DNA of 64,000 nt from an uncultured Alphaproteobacteria bacterium (GCA_963837025.1 CAWILT010000001.1:745572-809571), one strand, 5' to 3'; shown: positions 12,344-23,439, numbered from the stretch's first letter. Made by a program: numbers and translations. Notes: generated by a model from the sequence alone, not told the origin.

Positions 12344-13356
12344 GCCGCTAAAATATCCGAAAGCTCATGACGGATATCGGCTAATTCCACCCTATCATGA
12401 TGCAGCATTTTGCTTTCCAATAACGAGAATGCATGATCCGATCGACGATAGGCTTCTTCACTCATCGAAGGTGCACCTTGTGCAACCTGCTGCATCTCGT
12501 CCATTTTTCCGTTGCAATGCAGCACTAAATCGCAGCCCGCTTGCAATGATTTTTCAGCACGTTCACTAAAACTTCCACCCATTGCTTTCATCGAAAGGTC
12601 ATCCGTCATGAGCAGACCATCAAATCCAATTTCATTTCGAATGAATGCGATGATCTTAGCACTTTGAGTGGCAATATTTTCGCTATCAAGCGCGCTATAT
12701 AAAATATGCGCTGTCATACCTAATGGAATATCTGCCAACGCTTTAAAGGGCTTAAAATCGGTCGCTTCTAAATCTGCGAGGGTTGCTTCCACCACAGGCA
12801 AATCCTCGTGGCTATCAGCAGTCGCGCGGCCATGCCCGGGTATATGTTTCAAAATAGGCAATATGCCTCCAGCTAACAAGCCTTCAGCCTGTTGACGTGC
12901 TAGGCGAATCACTTGCTGTGCCTCTTTACCAAAGGCTCTATCGCCAATAATATCATGACTATTGGGCGCTGGAATATCAGCTAAGGGCGCACAATTAACG
13001 CTGATACCCATTTGGCTAAGTTGCGCCGCTATCACGCGCGCTTGCAAATATACGGCTCGTTCTGCTACTTTTAAGTCGCGTTCATGCGCTAGCGATTCAA
13101 AAACAGCAGCAGCCGGAATTTTCTCCCAATGCGGTGCTCCCAAACGAGCAACACGGCCACCTTCCTGATCAATCAATATCGGAACATTGGATCGACCCGA
13201 TATTTGCCGAAGCGAGTCAGTCAGAGCAATAAGTTGTTCGGGTGTATCGCAATTACGTTTAAAGAGAATATAACCCCACGGGTTTGCCTCTTTAAAAAAC
13301 GCGCGCTCGTTTGTGTTAAGCGAAAGCCCTTCTAACCCATAAATTGCGGCTTGCAT
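12340..13356 (-). CDS. nagZ: beta-N-acetylhexosaminidase (glycoside hydrolase family 3)
   Basis: 338 aa with IDQEGGRV, KHIPGHG and LMTDDLSM motifs. Confidence 0.9.
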   Translation of the reverse strand: MQAAIYGLEGLSLNTNERAFFKEANPWGYILFKRNCDTPEQLIALTDSLRQISGRSNVPILIDQEGGRVARLGAPHWEKIPAAAVFESLAHERDLKVAERAVYLQARVIAAQLSQMGISVNCAPLADIPAPNSHDIIGDRAFGKEAQQVIRLARQQAEGLLAGGILPILKHIPGHGRATADSHEDLPVVEATLADLEATDFKPFKALADIPLGMTAHILYSALDSENIATQSAKIIAFIRNEIGFDGLLMTDDLSMKAMGGSFSERAEKSLQAGCDLVLHCNGKMDEMQQVAQGAPSMSEEAYRRSDHAFSLLESKMLHHDRVELADIRHELSDILAA

Positions 13357-13374
13357 TGCACCAGCTACCGATGC

Positions 13375-14358
13375 TTAGCGCTGAACCGAAAAGCACGCTT
13401 GGTCACGCGCTTTAAGCATCACGCATAATGCATCCGCTGCCGATTTACTGGCAAAAGGATAAGCCTGCACCCGAAAATAGGTTTTGCCATTCACATCAGC
13501 CGATTCAACATGCGCGCGCTTATCGGTCAATAACGAGCCGCTAGCACTTTGAATATTGCCCCAATTTTTCAACGCTTCAGATCGGCTGCCAAACGCGCCT
13601 AATTGCAAACGATTGCTGGTTAAACCACCTGTAGCAGGCGCAGCAACATCTTGTTCAAACGCAGAGGCAGGTTCAGCCTTTGGCTGCACTGGCTCTGATT
13701 TAGTAACAACGGGCGTAGGAGCAGGCTTTGGCTCAACTTTCTTTTCAACTACAGCAGGTTCGGGGGCAACGGGTGCTACGGCAACTTCTGCAACGGGTGC
13801 TGGTTCAGCTTTAACTTCTTCAGCGGGTGCTTGCGTGACAATAGGCTCAACCACTTTGTCATCTTGCGATGCAACCATCATTTCAGGTGTTTCCTGCACA
13901 TTGGCATTGGCAATTTCTTCCATCTTGCGGCGCTCAGCATCGGTTAGCCCAATAGTATCATCACTCGCCGTTTTATCTTCTTTCATCCATCCTTCGGTTT
14001 GCGCGGTTTCAGGTTGAACACGTGGATCGGGGCGGGTTGGCTGAGGCAAAATTTGCTCAACTGTCATATCTTCCACATCGCCAGAACCTAAATTATAAAC
14101 CTGACGCTCCGTATCGGGAAACTGCCATCCACTTTCACCTTCAGGTGCTGTGCGCACTTCGCCTTCGCTGGCATAAATAGTTTCTAATTCATCAGTACCA
14201 TTACTGCTATCATCTTGATAGGCATACCATGCCAATGCAATAAATGCCGCCACTGCTAGAAATGCGACAGTAATTGAAATAAGGCTTAAAAAGCTCCCGC
14301 CAGCCTCTTCATCAAAATAATCCGTTTCAAGATCGTCGTAAGATGATTTTTTTACCAT
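13375..14358 (-). CDS. SPOR-domain protein (septal peptidoglycan binding)
   Basis: It has an N-terminal TM, a Pro/Ala/Glu/Val-rich linker and a C-terminal SPOR-like block (LQLGAFGSRSEA...GKTYFRVQA). It occupies the conserved position between argS and nagZ. Confidence 0.8.
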   Translation of the reverse strand: MVKKSSYDDLETDYFDEEAGGSFLSLISITVAFLAVAAFIALAWYAYQDDSSNGTDELETIYASEGEVRTAPEGESGWQFPDTERQVYNLGSGDVEDMTVEQILPQPTRPDPRVQPETAQTEGWMKEDKTASDDTIGLTDAERRKMEEIANANVQETPEMMVASQDDKVVEPIVTQAPAEEVKAEPAPVAEVAVAPVAPEPAVVEKKVEPKPAPTPVVTKSEPVQPKAEPASAFEQDVAAPATGGLTSNRLQLGAFGSRSEALKNWGNIQSASGSLLTDKRAHVESADVNGKTYFRVQAYPFASKSAADALCVMLKARDQACFSVQR

Positions 14359-16109
14359 TATCGCATTTCCTCTTTTGCTTCTACACCCAGCACATTTAAG
14401 CCGCTGGAAATCACATTTGCTACGGCTGCAACCATCACTAATCGCGCCGCTGACAGTTTTTCATCCTCTACCAGAAAACGCAAGCCTTCATTTTCATTTC
14501 CCAAATTCCAAAAACCATGAAATTCAGCAGCTAATTCTTGCAGAAAAAACGCAATTCTATGCGGCTCTGAGGCAATGGCCGCCTGCTCAACCAACACGGG
14601 CCAATAGGCCATTTTGCGCAATAACGATAATTCGGCGCTGTGCGAAAGATGCGACAGGTGCGTTGGCGACATAGCATCGGCCAATGCCACCGCTTGCGGG
14701 TTCTGATCAGCGGCCATACGCAGCACCGATTTGCACCGCGCATGAGCATATTGCACATAAAAAACAGGGTTATCGCGGCTTTGTTCCACCGCTTTATTCA
14801 TGTCAAAGTCCAACATCGCATCGTTTTTGCGCGTTAGCATAATAAAGCGCAGCGCATCTTTGCCCACTTCATCTACCACTTCGCGCACCGTAACAAAGCT
14901 GCCCGAGCGCTTGGACATTTTAACCGGTTCGCCACCTTTAATAAATTTCACCATTTGGCATAGCTTCACCTCAATGGTAGAACGCCCATCCGATAAAGCA
15001 TCAACGGCAGCCGAAATGCGTTTTACATAGCCGCCATGATCGGCACCAAAAATATCAATCAGAATATCATGCCCGCGCTGAATTTTATCATAGTGATAGG
15101 CAATATCGGGAGCAAAATACGTCCAACTGCCGTCAGATTTCTTCAACGCTCTATCTACATCATCGCCAAATTTGGTAGATTTAAATAAGGTCTGTGGGCG
15201 TGGCTCCCAATCTTCGGGTTCTTTTCCTTTAGGCGCTTCTAAAACACCCACATAAATAAGGCCTTCTGCTTCTAATTTATGTAACACTTCTTCCACTTTA
15301 CCCGCATCACGCAATTGCTGTTCCGAGGCAAAAACATCATGTTCTATGCCTAATTGAGCAAGGTCAGCACGAATCATTTCCAGCATTAATTCAACCGAAA
15401 TGCGCTTTACCTTTGGCAACCATTTTGCCTCTGGCTCATGCAATAAAGCATCACCAAACCGCGCTGCTAAATCATGCCCCACAGGCACTAAATAATCACC
15501 CGGATATAACCCATCTGGTATCGCCCCAATTTCTTGCCCGAGCGCTTCGCGATAACGCAGGAAAGCCGAATGAGCCAGCGTGTTAATTTGGCTGCCCGCA
15601 TCATTCACATAATATTCGCGCGTCACTTCAAAGCCAGCTTTTTCGAGCAATCCGGCCAGTGCATCGCCCACCACTGCTCCGCGCGCATGGCCAATATGCA
15701 TGGGGCCAGTCGGGTTGGCCGAAACATATTCAATATCAACTTTTTTGCCAACGCCCAACGCGCTATCGCCATAATCCGCGCCTTGGCTGATAATGGCGGG
15801 TAATAGCTGATGCCAAAATTCAGGCTTAAAGCGCAAATTGATAAAGCCAGGGCCGGCAATTTCAACCGATTCACATCCTTCAAATTGCTCAAATTTAGCG
15901 CGCAATAATGCTGCAATATCGCGCGGGTTTTTGCCTACGGGTTTGGCCAATACCATGGCCGCATTAGTGGCTACATCGCCATGGTCAGCGTTACGTGGCA
16001 GCTCAACCGTAATCGCATCCATCGGCAAGCCTGCCGGCCATAATTGTTCTACTGCAAGAAAGCTCACAGCTTCCTTAACCTGAATGGATAATTGTTGGAA
16101 TAAATTCAT
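14358..16109 (-). CDS. argS: arginine--tRNA ligase
   Basis: 583 aa with [14 protein letters not shown] (HIGH) and MSKRSG (KMSK-like) motifs. Confidence 0.97.
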   Translation of the reverse strand: MNLFQQLSIQVKEAVSFLAVEQLWPAGLPMDAITVELPRNADHGDVATNAAMVLAKPVGKNPRDIAALLRAKFEQFEGCESVEIAGPGFINLRFKPEFWHQLLPAIISQGADYGDSALGVGKKVDIEYVSANPTGPMHIGHARGAVVGDALAGLLEKAGFEVTREYYVNDAGSQINTLAHSAFLRYREALGQEIGAIPDGLYPGDYLVPVGHDLAARFGDALLHEPEAKWLPKVKRISVELMLEMIRADLAQLGIEHDVFASEQQLRDAGKVEEVLHKLEAEGLIYVGVLEAPKGKEPEDWEPRPQTLFKSTKFGDDVDRALKKSDGSWTYFAPDIAYHYDKIQRGHDILIDIFGADHGGYVKRISAAVDALSDGRSTIEVKLCQMVKFIKGGEPVKMSKRSGSFVTVREVVDEVGKDALRFIMLTRKNDAMLDFDMNKAVEQSRDNPVFYVQYAHARCKSVLRMAADQNPQAVALADAMSPTHLSHLSHSAELSLLRKMAYWPVLVEQAAIASEPHRIAFFLQELAAEFHGFWNLGNENEGLRFLVEDEKLSAARLVMVAAVANVISSGLNVLGVEAKEEMR

Positions 16110-16161
16110 GACTGCGGTGTAAGCGAAAATGCATTTAGATGCAACAGGCGAGCAGCACGCT

Positions 16162-17349
16162 TTAAATGAGCGAAGCGTGCGAGCTTAAATCAAATAACCT
16201 TGCATGCTCTTGCATAGCAAAGCGATCAGTCATACCGCTAATATAATCCGCAATAATAGTCATTTGATCGGCCTCGGTCTTAGCTTCTTGCATTTGTTGA
16301 AACCATTCTGTTGGCAGGCATTCAGGCTCTTTAATCAAAATTTCGCAAAGCTGGCTAATAACGCGGCGAGCCTTACTGGTCATACGGTTCACGCGATAAT
16401 GTTTATACATATTGGCATGTAAAAATTTACGTAATTGGTAATGCACGGAATCCATCTCCGCAGAAAAGCTCACCACCGCGCTTGAATGCTGACGAATATC
16501 TTGCACCGATTGTGCATTAAGCGACGCTAAATTGCGTTTGGTCTGCTCCAGCAAATCCAGCACCATAGCATTGATAATGCGGCGTACACCCTCATGCGCT
16601 AAACGCACGCGTGATAAAAGCGGATATTGCTTGATTACATCACGAAAAATTTGGCCAACCATCGGCAATGGCAACAAATCTTCAACTTCAAATAATCCAG
16701 CGCGCAACCCATCATCCACATCATGATTATTATAGGCAATATCATCGGCAAGCGCCGCCACTTGCGCCTCGGCTGAGGCAAAGGTTTCTAGCTCTAAATC
16801 AACTAAGGTGTTACATTGCAGCAAAGTGGGGTGTGGATTTTTCACAGGGCCATTATGCTTGGCTATTCCCTCAAGCGTTTCCCAGGTTAAATTTAATCCA
16901 TCAAATTCAGCATAGCGCTGCTCTAGCACCATCATCAGCCGTAGAGTTTGTGCATTATGGTCAAACCCATTCGCATGGCTTAGCGCCTCTTGTAATGCGT
17001 CTTCGCCAGCATGGCCGAATGGTGGATGCCCCATATCATGCGCCAGCGCACATGCCTCAGCTAAATCCTCATTCAAGCTGAGCGACCGCGCAATGGATCG
17101 CGCCAGCTGCGCCACTTCCAAACTATGCGTCAGGCGTGTGCGATAATGATCGCCTTCATGATTAACAAATACTTGCGTTTTATATTCCAAACGACGAAAT
17201 GCCATGGAATGAATAATCCGATCGCGATCGCGCTGATACGCCGTGCGGTTGATACTTTCAGCCTCATTCACGGCGCGACCACGCGTATCGTGGGGGTGCG
17301 TCGCATAGGCAGCTATCGGCGCGCTGCTGGGTTGTATCCATTCTTTCAT
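16162..17349 (-). CDS. dgt: dGTP triphosphohydrolase-like HD-domain protein
   Basis: 395 aa with [19 protein letters not shown] and the HD motif [12 protein letters not shown]. Confidence 0.9.
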   Translation of the reverse strand: MKEWIQPSSAPIAAYATHPHDTRGRAVNEAESINRTAYQRDRDRIIHSMAFRRLEYKTQVFVNHEGDHYRTRLTHSLEVAQLARSIARSLSLNEDLAEACALAHDMGHPPFGHAGEDALQEALSHANGFDHNAQTLRLMMVLEQRYAEFDGLNLTWETLEGIAKHNGPVKNPHPTLLQCNTLVDLELETFASAEAQVAALADDIAYNNHDVDDGLRAGLFEVEDLLPLPMVGQIFRDVIKQYPLLSRVRLAHEGVRRIINAMVLDLLEQTKRNLASLNAQSVQDIRQHSSAVVSFSAEMDSVHYQLRKFLHANMYKHYRVNRMTSKARRVISQLCEILIKEPECLPTEWFQQMQEAKTEADQMTIIADYISGMTDRFAMQEHARLFDLSSHASLI

Positions 17350-17404
17350 ATTTTAACCATAAGCGCAGGCTTGTAACTGACAAGCAAATCATTATATTTA
17401 GCCT

Positions 17405-17743
17405 ATGATTACGACCCCAAATATCAGCATGAGTGACTCTGCCGCCAAACGCATCGCCTATTTATTGAGTGATGAACCTACCGGAACCTACTTCCGCATT
17501 GCAGTGGAAGGAGGTGGATGCTCTGGCTTTCAGTATCGTTTTGATTTTGATGCTGCTGCTATGGCAACCGATGATTTAGCCATTGAAAAACAAGGTGCTA
17601 AAGTGGTGATTGATACCACCTCGTTGCAACTTGTTGAAGGCGCCGAGCTTGATTTTAAAACCGAATTAGTAGGTTCTGCCTTTGCACTTATCAACCCACA
17701 AGCTACCAGCGGCTGCGGCTGTGGCAATAGTTTCGCGCTTTAA
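17405..17743 (+). CDS. erpA: iron-sulfur cluster insertion protein (HesB/IscA/ErpA family)
   Basis: 112 aa with GGGCSGFQY and a C-terminal CGCGNSF motif. Confidence 0.9.
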   Translation: MITTPNISMSDSAAKRIAYLLSDEPTGTYFRIAVEGGGCSGFQYRFDFDAAAMATDDLAIEKQGAKVVIDTTSLQLVEGAELDFKTELVGSAFALINPQATSGCGCGNSFAL

Positions 17744-17746
17744 GTT

Positions 17747-18535
17747 ATGGTTAAAATCGCCACGTGGAATGTAAATTCTTTACGCCAACGCTTAAGCCAC
17801 CTGCTGCAATGGTGCGATGATGCCTCGCCCGATATTATTCTGCTGCAAGAAACCAAAGTAACTGACGATCAATTTCCTACCATGGAGCTGGAAGAAAAAG
17901 GCTATAACCTCGCCTTTGCAGGGCAAAAAACTTTCAACGGTGTAGCCATCCTCTCTAAATTTCCAATTGAAGATATTATTACTCAATTACCCGGTGATGA
18001 AGCGGATGACCATAAACGCTACATCGAAGCGGTCATCTCCACCGACAAAGGCGTAGTACGCGTAGCCAGCGTGTATGTTCCTAACGGCCAAGCGCCCGAT
18101 TCCGACAAATTTCACTATAAAATGAAGTTTTTTGATCGCTTGTATGCTCACACTCAAACCCTTCTTAAACATGATGAACCTTTAGTAATGGGTGGCGACT
18201 ATAACGTAGCCCCTTTGCCGATTGATGTATTGCACCCCAAAGAGATGGATGGCCAAATTTGTTATCATCCGCACGAGCGCGCTAAGCTACGCGCTTATGC
18301 ATATCTAGGCTTAACCGATGCTTATCGTATGTTTCACCCCAATAAAGAGCACGCATTTAGCTGGTGGGATTATCGCGCAGGTGCATATGAAAAAAACGAT
18401 GGCTATCGTATCGATCACCTAATGTTATCGGGCGAAGCGGCTGACCGCTGCATAGCCAGCGATATCGACACCACACCACGCAGTTGGGATAAACCCAGCG
18501 ACCATACACCCGTTTGGTGCCAGCTAAACCTGTAA
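17747..18535 (+). CDS. xthA: exodeoxyribonuclease III
   Basis: 262 aa with the N-terminus ATWNVNS, then LQETK, GDYNVAP, IDH and a C-terminal SDH. Confidence 0.95.
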   Translation: MVKIATWNVNSLRQRLSHLLQWCDDASPDIILLQETKVTDDQFPTMELEEKGYNLAFAGQKTFNGVAILSKFPIEDIITQLPGDEADDHKRYIEAVISTDKGVVRVASVYVPNGQAPDSDKFHYKMKFFDRLYAHTQTLLKHDEPLVMGGDYNVAPLPIDVLHPKEMDGQICYHPHERAKLRAYAYLGLTDAYRMFHPNKEHAFSWWDYRAGAYEKNDGYRIDHLMLSGEAADRCIASDIDTTPRSWDKPSDHTPVWCQLNL

Positions 18536-18603
18536 CTGTCACGATAGCGTCACAAAACTGCGTTATGCTACCTTAATCAGATTTAATAAGAAAAGGTTAC
18601 AGC

Positions 18604-19524
18604 ATGGGCACCCACGATGATACGCAGGAACGGGAAACCAAAACCTTTTCCACGTGGGCGAAAAATACCTTTCGAATTGCAGATGCTACCGAATTTATTG
18701 AACATGAATTAAAACGTGCTGGTCGCAACCATATTGAAGATAATGTACCCAGCCGCATCCACACCAAATCCGAACTTTATAGCGAAATAGGCTTGCGCGT
18801 CTCCAAAAATCAAAACACTGTTCGCGCTGAAAAAGGCGTGTCCGAGGCAATGAAATTTGCTAACTATATCAATCAATTATCGGATGAATCATTTATTTCG
18901 CTTATGGGTGATATTCAAATTTATCCACGCCCTGAACATTTAAGCACCCCCAATAAATTAGAAGCATGGGTAGAGCATGAGAAACAAACTACCAAAGCTA
19001 AAAAATGCATCGCACTACAATCTAAATATGGCGATTCCGCACGCGATTCCAGCATTGGTAAAGGTGCTGCAACGGGTGCCGTCGCAGGAGCTGCGGGCGC
19101 GGTAATCGGTGCTGCGAGAGGCGCATTCGGTGGGGCAACCAATGGCATAGGCAAGGCATTTCGCAATCACGGCAATGATGGACTCGTATGGGCTATTCCC
19201 TATGCAGTCACGCATGCCCTTGGCAGAGGGTTAAAACGCGGGGCACAGTTTGCAGGTATTGCTGGTGCAGCGGGTGCCGCATGGGGTGTTAAAGGCGCTC
19301 GCGCCAGCGGCACTGATAAAACCCAAATGGCCGAGGTCTATGCCCGTGCCATGCGTATCGCCGATGAAAGCTTTATTGAGAAAAAACAAAGCAGCCCACA
19401 CCCTATAGAAGAAGAAAAAACACCAAAACTGTCTGAAGCGCTTAAAGAACAAAATATCCTCAGCCAAGCTGAAAGAATAACCCTCGCACGACAAAGCCAA
19501 AATAATAAAGTTGGGCGAAATTAA
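18604..19524 (+). CDS. hypothetical protein with central Gly/Ala-zipper segments (orphan)
   Basis: 306-aa ORF with a good coding look. It has central GKGAATGAVAGAAGAVIGAARGAFGG and GIAGAAGAAWG blocks flanked by polar regions. I recognise no family. Confidence 0.5.
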   Translation: MGTHDDTQERETKTFSTWAKNTFRIADATEFIEHELKRAGRNHIEDNVPSRIHTKSELYSEIGLRVSKNQNTVRAEKGVSEAMKFANYINQLSDESFISLMGDIQIYPRPEHLSTPNKLEAWVEHEKQTTKAKKCIALQSKYGDSARDSSIGKGAATGAVAGAAGAVIGAARGAFGGATNGIGKAFRNHGNDGLVWAIPYAVTHALGRGLKRGAQFAGIAGAAGAAWGVKGARASGTDKTQMAEVYARAMRIADESFIEKKQSSPHPIEEEKTPKLSEALKEQNILSQAERITLARQSQNNKVGRN

Positions 19525-20744
19525 GCGCTAATTAGCGCGGCAAAAAATCCGTCCATCCCGCCCTTATCATCTAAATAATGCGGTAAACTACGATAATAGC
19601 CTTGCTTGGTAATCCAATAAGGCGGCACATTTGCGGTGCCAGCTTTAAACGGAATAATACGCGAGGCATACGCTTCCATCTGCCCTTCGCCCTCTTCTTT
19701 TTGCAACGAGCAGGTTATATAAAGTAGCTTACCTTCAGGTGCTAGCCATGTTAGAGCCTTAGCCAGCAATTCGCGTTGAATCTCCACCAACCGCGCCACA
19801 TCTTTAGGCGTGCGTTGATATAAAATTTCAGGGTGACGGCGCAAAGTGCCCGTAGCCGAACAGGGCGAATCCAACACAATAATATCGAATTTTTGTTGAG
19901 GTTGCCATTTCTTCAAATCGGCACAAATCACCTCTGCCGATAATGCATTATGCGCCAAATTTTCTTTCAAACGCTTTAAACGATTGGCCGATATATCCAC
20001 AGCCGTTACATTCGCGCCCGCTGCGGCCAACTGCATGGTTTTACCCCCTGGTGCCGCGCACGCATCCAGCACGCGCAAACCCTTCACATCACCCAATAAT
20101 TTGACGGGGATTGAAGCCGCCACATCTTGTGCCCAGCCTGTGCCCTCTAGCTCGGCAAAGCCCACGCCTTTAGGCAGGCGTTGCGTGCCACCCGCCAATA
20201 GCTCAGCTTGCGGCAAAGGTTGCGACCATGTCACATCCAGTGGCGGCTCGTGCAAATGATGCGCGGCAAATTGCTCGGTAATTTTGCGGCCATGGGCGGC
20301 CACCCAATTTTCCCACAGCCAAGGCGGGGTTGCGTCTTTAGCCGTGAGTATGATGGTGTCTTTATCATCTGCAATTTTTTTGAGCACTGCATTAACAAGC
20401 CCCTTCATTTTAGGAAACTTATATTTTGCCAACTCAACACTCGTATTGACCGCAGCATGCACGGGTGTTTCTAACAGCAAAATCTGCGCCATACCTAAAT
20501 AAAGGCAACAGGTAATATCAAATCGTGAGGCATCTAGCGGGTTATCGAGGTAGCGTGTGAGCAACCCATCAAATGCCAGTTTATAGCGCAGCACCGTTTT
20601 AGCCTGTCGATAGGCCAAACCCTTATCCGAATCAGCAAGCTTAGGCAACTCATCCATTGCGGCATCTAATGTTTTATTTTGCTTTAACACCGCATGTAAA
20701 AGTTCATGCGCTGCCAGCCTACTATCCATTCCCGATTGAGCCAT
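19521..20744 (-). CDS. rsmB: 16S rRNA (cytosine-C5) methyltransferase, RsmB/Sun family
   Basis: 407 aa with a NusB-like N-terminal domain, a SAM site (DACAAPGGKT) and catalytic DSPCSATG and TCS motifs. Confidence 0.85.
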   Translation of the reverse strand: MAQSGMDSRLAAHELLHAVLKQNKTLDAAMDELPKLADSDKGLAYRQAKTVLRYKLAFDGLLTRYLDNPLDASRFDITCCLYLGMAQILLLETPVHAAVNTSVELAKYKFPKMKGLVNAVLKKIADDKDTIILTAKDATPPWLWENWVAAHGRKITEQFAAHHLHEPPLDVTWSQPLPQAELLAGGTQRLPKGVGFAELEGTGWAQDVAASIPVKLLGDVKGLRVLDACAAPGGKTMQLAAAGANVTAVDISANRLKRLKENLAHNALSAEVICADLKKWQPQQKFDIIVLDSPCSATGTLRRHPEILYQRTPKDVARLVEIQRELLAKALTWLAPEGKLLYITCSLQKEEGEGQMEAYASRIIPFKAGTANVPPYWITKQGYYRSLPHYLDDKGGMDGFFAALISA

Positions 20745-20828
20745 AAAGCGTTCTGTAACAGATAATGCACGAATTACTTATTCTTTTTTTATACATTTTA
20801 AACTACATTAAATGCTGGAGAATATATT

Positions 20829-21005
20829 ATGGATGACCCGCAAACCGCAATGAAGGCGCAAAAAGCCAGTGAAAAAACGCAAGCCGAAATTGAGCGTCAA
20901 CAGAAACATCCAACGCTAAAAGAAAAAGAGCATGGCGGCCCTAAAGGCCCCGAACCCACCCGATTTGGCGATTGGGAAGTAGCAGGCCGCTGCACCGATT
21001 TTTAA
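20829..21005 (+). CDS. DUF1674 / SDHAF4-like small protein (58 aa)
   Basis: My own translation gives MDDPQTAMKAQKASEKTQAEIERQQKHPTLKEKEHGGPKGPEPTRFGDWEVAGRCTDF*. The C-terminal GGPKGPEPTR(F/Y)GDWE..GR..DF is the DUF1674 signature. It is below the 60-aa cutoff of the ORF track. Confidence 0.75.
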   Translation: MDDPQTAMKAQKASEKTQAEIERQQKHPTLKEKEHGGPKGPEPTRFGDWEVAGRCTDF

Positions 21006-21019
21006 ATCGCAATTTAATA

Positions 21020-21622
21020 TTACCAACGTCGCGGTCGTCCGGTGTCCACATGCACAAAGTTACTCGATTTATAATACCCTACGCCGCCAAGACCATAACT
21101 TAGGGCTTTATCGCGCACATCAATAAGCGGAATATCAGGGATTCTAAAATCCATCGCTTTGCCCAAAATATGCTGACTGTTTTTTGCCACTTTTCGCCCC
21201 ATGCTGCGTAGCATTTCATTACTTCGCTTGGATCGATGGCCAGAGATAACTTCAATCACACTGGTCGCATCCAAATCATCATAAATTCGATGTACAATCA
21301 TAAATAATTCGGGATCCATTTTAGTAACATGTCCATCACGATGATCGCGCAGAAAATGGTTCAATTTATCTAAACCCTCCGGCAAATAAGCACCATCTTT
21401 CCAAAATGCGACATCAATTTCTTCACCTGTATTGATAGATTTTAAGCGCAGCCTCTTTTTTGGTAACGATGGTACTAAAGCTTCATTTTTAACTTTACCA
21501 TGAGCGGCTTTTATGGGCGCTTGGTTAGTTTGCGCGGCGAATCCATTTGGTGCACTTAACCCAAAAATAAACAACGATATAATTACTAATGCACTATTCA
21601 AATTTTGTAATTTAAAAAGCAT
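21020..21622 (-). CDS. DUF882 (YcbK-like, peptidase M15A fold) protein
   Basis: 200 aa with a signal peptide, SGHRS, H..GKAMDF and GGVGYY..S.FVHVDTG motifs. Confidence 0.8.
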   Translation of the reverse strand: MLFKLQNLNSALVIISLFIFGLSAPNGFAAQTNQAPIKAAHGKVKNEALVPSLPKKRLRLKSINTGEEIDVAFWKDGAYLPEGLDKLNHFLRDHRDGHVTKMDPELFMIVHRIYDDLDATSVIEVISGHRSKRSNEMLRSMGRKVAKNSQHILGKAMDFRIPDIPLIDVRDKALSYGLGGVGYYKSSNFVHVDTGRPRRW

Positions 21623-21624
21623 GT

Positions 21625-23439
21625 TTAAATTTCTCCTTCCTGCCTTTTCAACGCCTGAATAAGCTTTTTATCACGGCCATAAATGTCATTTTCAAAACGC
21701 GTATTCCCTTCATCGTCAATCCATGCTGTCATATAGGTTATATGCACCGGAATTTGTGTTTTAAGCGGATGAATCTCTGTTTTTAAATTGGTTCCCTTTG
21801 CCGAGAATTTTTCGCGCGCTTGGGATGCTGATAAATCACTGTTACCCTCCAATAAAAATGCAGCCATATCTTCACGTTTTTCAACGCGAATACATCCTGA
21901 ACTCAAAGCGCGCGTATCTTCATCAAATAAAGACCGATTCGATGTATCATGCATATAAATCGCATAATCATTTTCAATCGAAAAACGAACCATACCTAAC
22001 GCATTATCCGGCCCCGGCTTCTGACGAAAACGATAAGGCGGAAAGTCAGAATCTGTTAAGGAGCTGATAGATAAGCTAGACCACGGAACTAATTGATCCC
22101 CATTATAAATTTCATAACCTAGCGATTCAATCACGCTTGGATCAGCTTTAATTTTATCTAATAAATAACGGTGAGCAATGGAGTGTGGAACCGTCCAATC
22201 AGGATAAAATTTAACATCCGTAATCTTGCTGCTAAAAGCGGGAGTCTGATGCGCCACTTTACCAATAATTGTAGGGCTATCAATCACTACCTTATCATCT
22301 TCAACCGCACGCACATAAAATCCGGCGATATTATTAAAGACATATTTCTGCCCTAAATCTTCAGGCAACCAGCGCCAACGCTCCATCGCCAATTCAATTT
22401 GCATAATGCGATCAGCCAAAGGCGTGTTTAAATCGCGAATGGTCTCTGAGCCAATAATTCCATCTTCCACTGCTCCACTCGTTTTTTGAAATGCACGCAC
22501 TGCTTTTTGTGTGAATGCTCCATATAACGTTGGATCATCTTCAAAACCATAGCGTTTTGACTCAGTTTTTTGTGTTTTGGATTGTTCGGATAGGGGTGAA
22601 TCCATAGAGGCTTTATGATCATTTCGTTTTTCCTTGGCGCGTTGCACCAAATTTGCAAAAGCCTCCTTTTGCCCGCTTAGCTTACCTAATAATTGCATCC
22701 GTTCACGGATTACAGGCATACGCGGGTCTTTATCACCTGGCTTGATAACACCTTCTTCCGGTATAGTTTCAAAATTACCCGCCTGTTGTTGCAAATCGCG
22801 ATACTGTGCAAGAGACTGCCGTAACATAGTATAATCTTTATGATTCGGCGAAAAACTCTGGAATGTTTTAGCAATATCTGAAGGTTGCGATTGCTGAATA
22901 ATTCGCGCTAAACGTTCCCCATAATTTTTTTCTTGTGGTAACAAAAATAATAACGGAAAAATTTCAGTAGGTTGCGAACGCCCAATCGACAAATCTCGAA
23001 TGTAATGTAATAGCGCATTTGTTATCTGAATATCGTGCGCGGCTATGGTTTTAACATTTATATTAGCAGGTAAATTAGCAAGTTTTTTTAACGCGTAATC
23101 ATTGGGATTTAAGCCTTCTAATGTGGCATTTTCAACCGCCACCAAAAAGGGATTAATATCGCGCTTCCATTTTGCATCATCATCAAACCAAACGGATTCA
23201 AAATTTCTATCTGTATAAAAATTGCGCAACGCTTCACGTTGCCATTCGCCTACAACTGCGCGTTTATCACTTGCAGCATTAATCGCCATTCTAATAGCAT
23301 TTTCATAAGGGGATAAATTCTGCTCAACCTGCGCTATTGCTAGCTTGGCATTAGCAACATCAGCAACAGCAGGATACGTATTGAAAGAGCATAGTAAAAT
23401 AGATGCTAAGAGCGATAGTTTGATTTTTTGAATGGTCAT
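21625..23439 (-). CDS. L,D-transpeptidase (YcbB-like, YkuD catalytic domain)
   Basis: 604 aa with a signal peptide, a PG-binding-like region and the catalytic block YMHDTS...SSGCIRV. It is paired with the DUF882 gene, as ycbB-ycbK are. Confidence 0.85.
   Translation of the reverse strand: MTIQKIKLSLLASILLCSFNTYPAVADVANAKLAIAQVEQNLSPYENAIRMAINAASDKRAVVGEWQREALRNFYTDRNFESVWFDDDAKWKRDINPFLVAVENATLEGLNPNDYALKKLANLPANINVKTIAAHDIQITNALLHYIRDLSIGRSQPTEIFPLLFLLPQEKNYGERLARIIQQSQPSDIAKTFQSFSPNHKDYTMLRQSLAQYRDLQQQAGNFETIPEEGVIKPGDKDPRMPVIRERMQLLGKLSGQKEAFANLVQRAKEKRNDHKASMDSPLSEQSKTQKTESKRYGFEDDPTLYGAFTQKAVRAFQKTSGAVEDGIIGSETIRDLNTPLADRIMQIELAMERWRWLPEDLGQKYVFNNIAGFYVRAVEDDKVVIDSPTIIGKVAHQTPAFSSKITDVKFYPDWTVPHSIAHRYLLDKIKADPSVIESLGYEIYNGDQLVPWSSLSISSLTDSDFPPYRFRQKPGPDNALGMVRFSIENDYAIYMHDTSNRSLFDEDTRALSSGCIRVEKREDMAAFLLEGNSDLSASQAREKFSAKGTNLKTEIHPLKTQIPVHITYMTAWIDDEGNTRFENDIYGRDKKLIQALKRQEGEI

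Noticed and set aside
13556-14017. A 153-aa plus-strand ORF (Ala/Gly/Ser/Thr-rich) antisense to the SPOR-domain gene.
   Set aside because: It lies entirely inside the Pro/Ala/Glu/Val-rich linker of a well-supported minus-strand gene. Repetitive GC-rich codons keep the opposite strand open by chance. It has no RBS or family resemblance.
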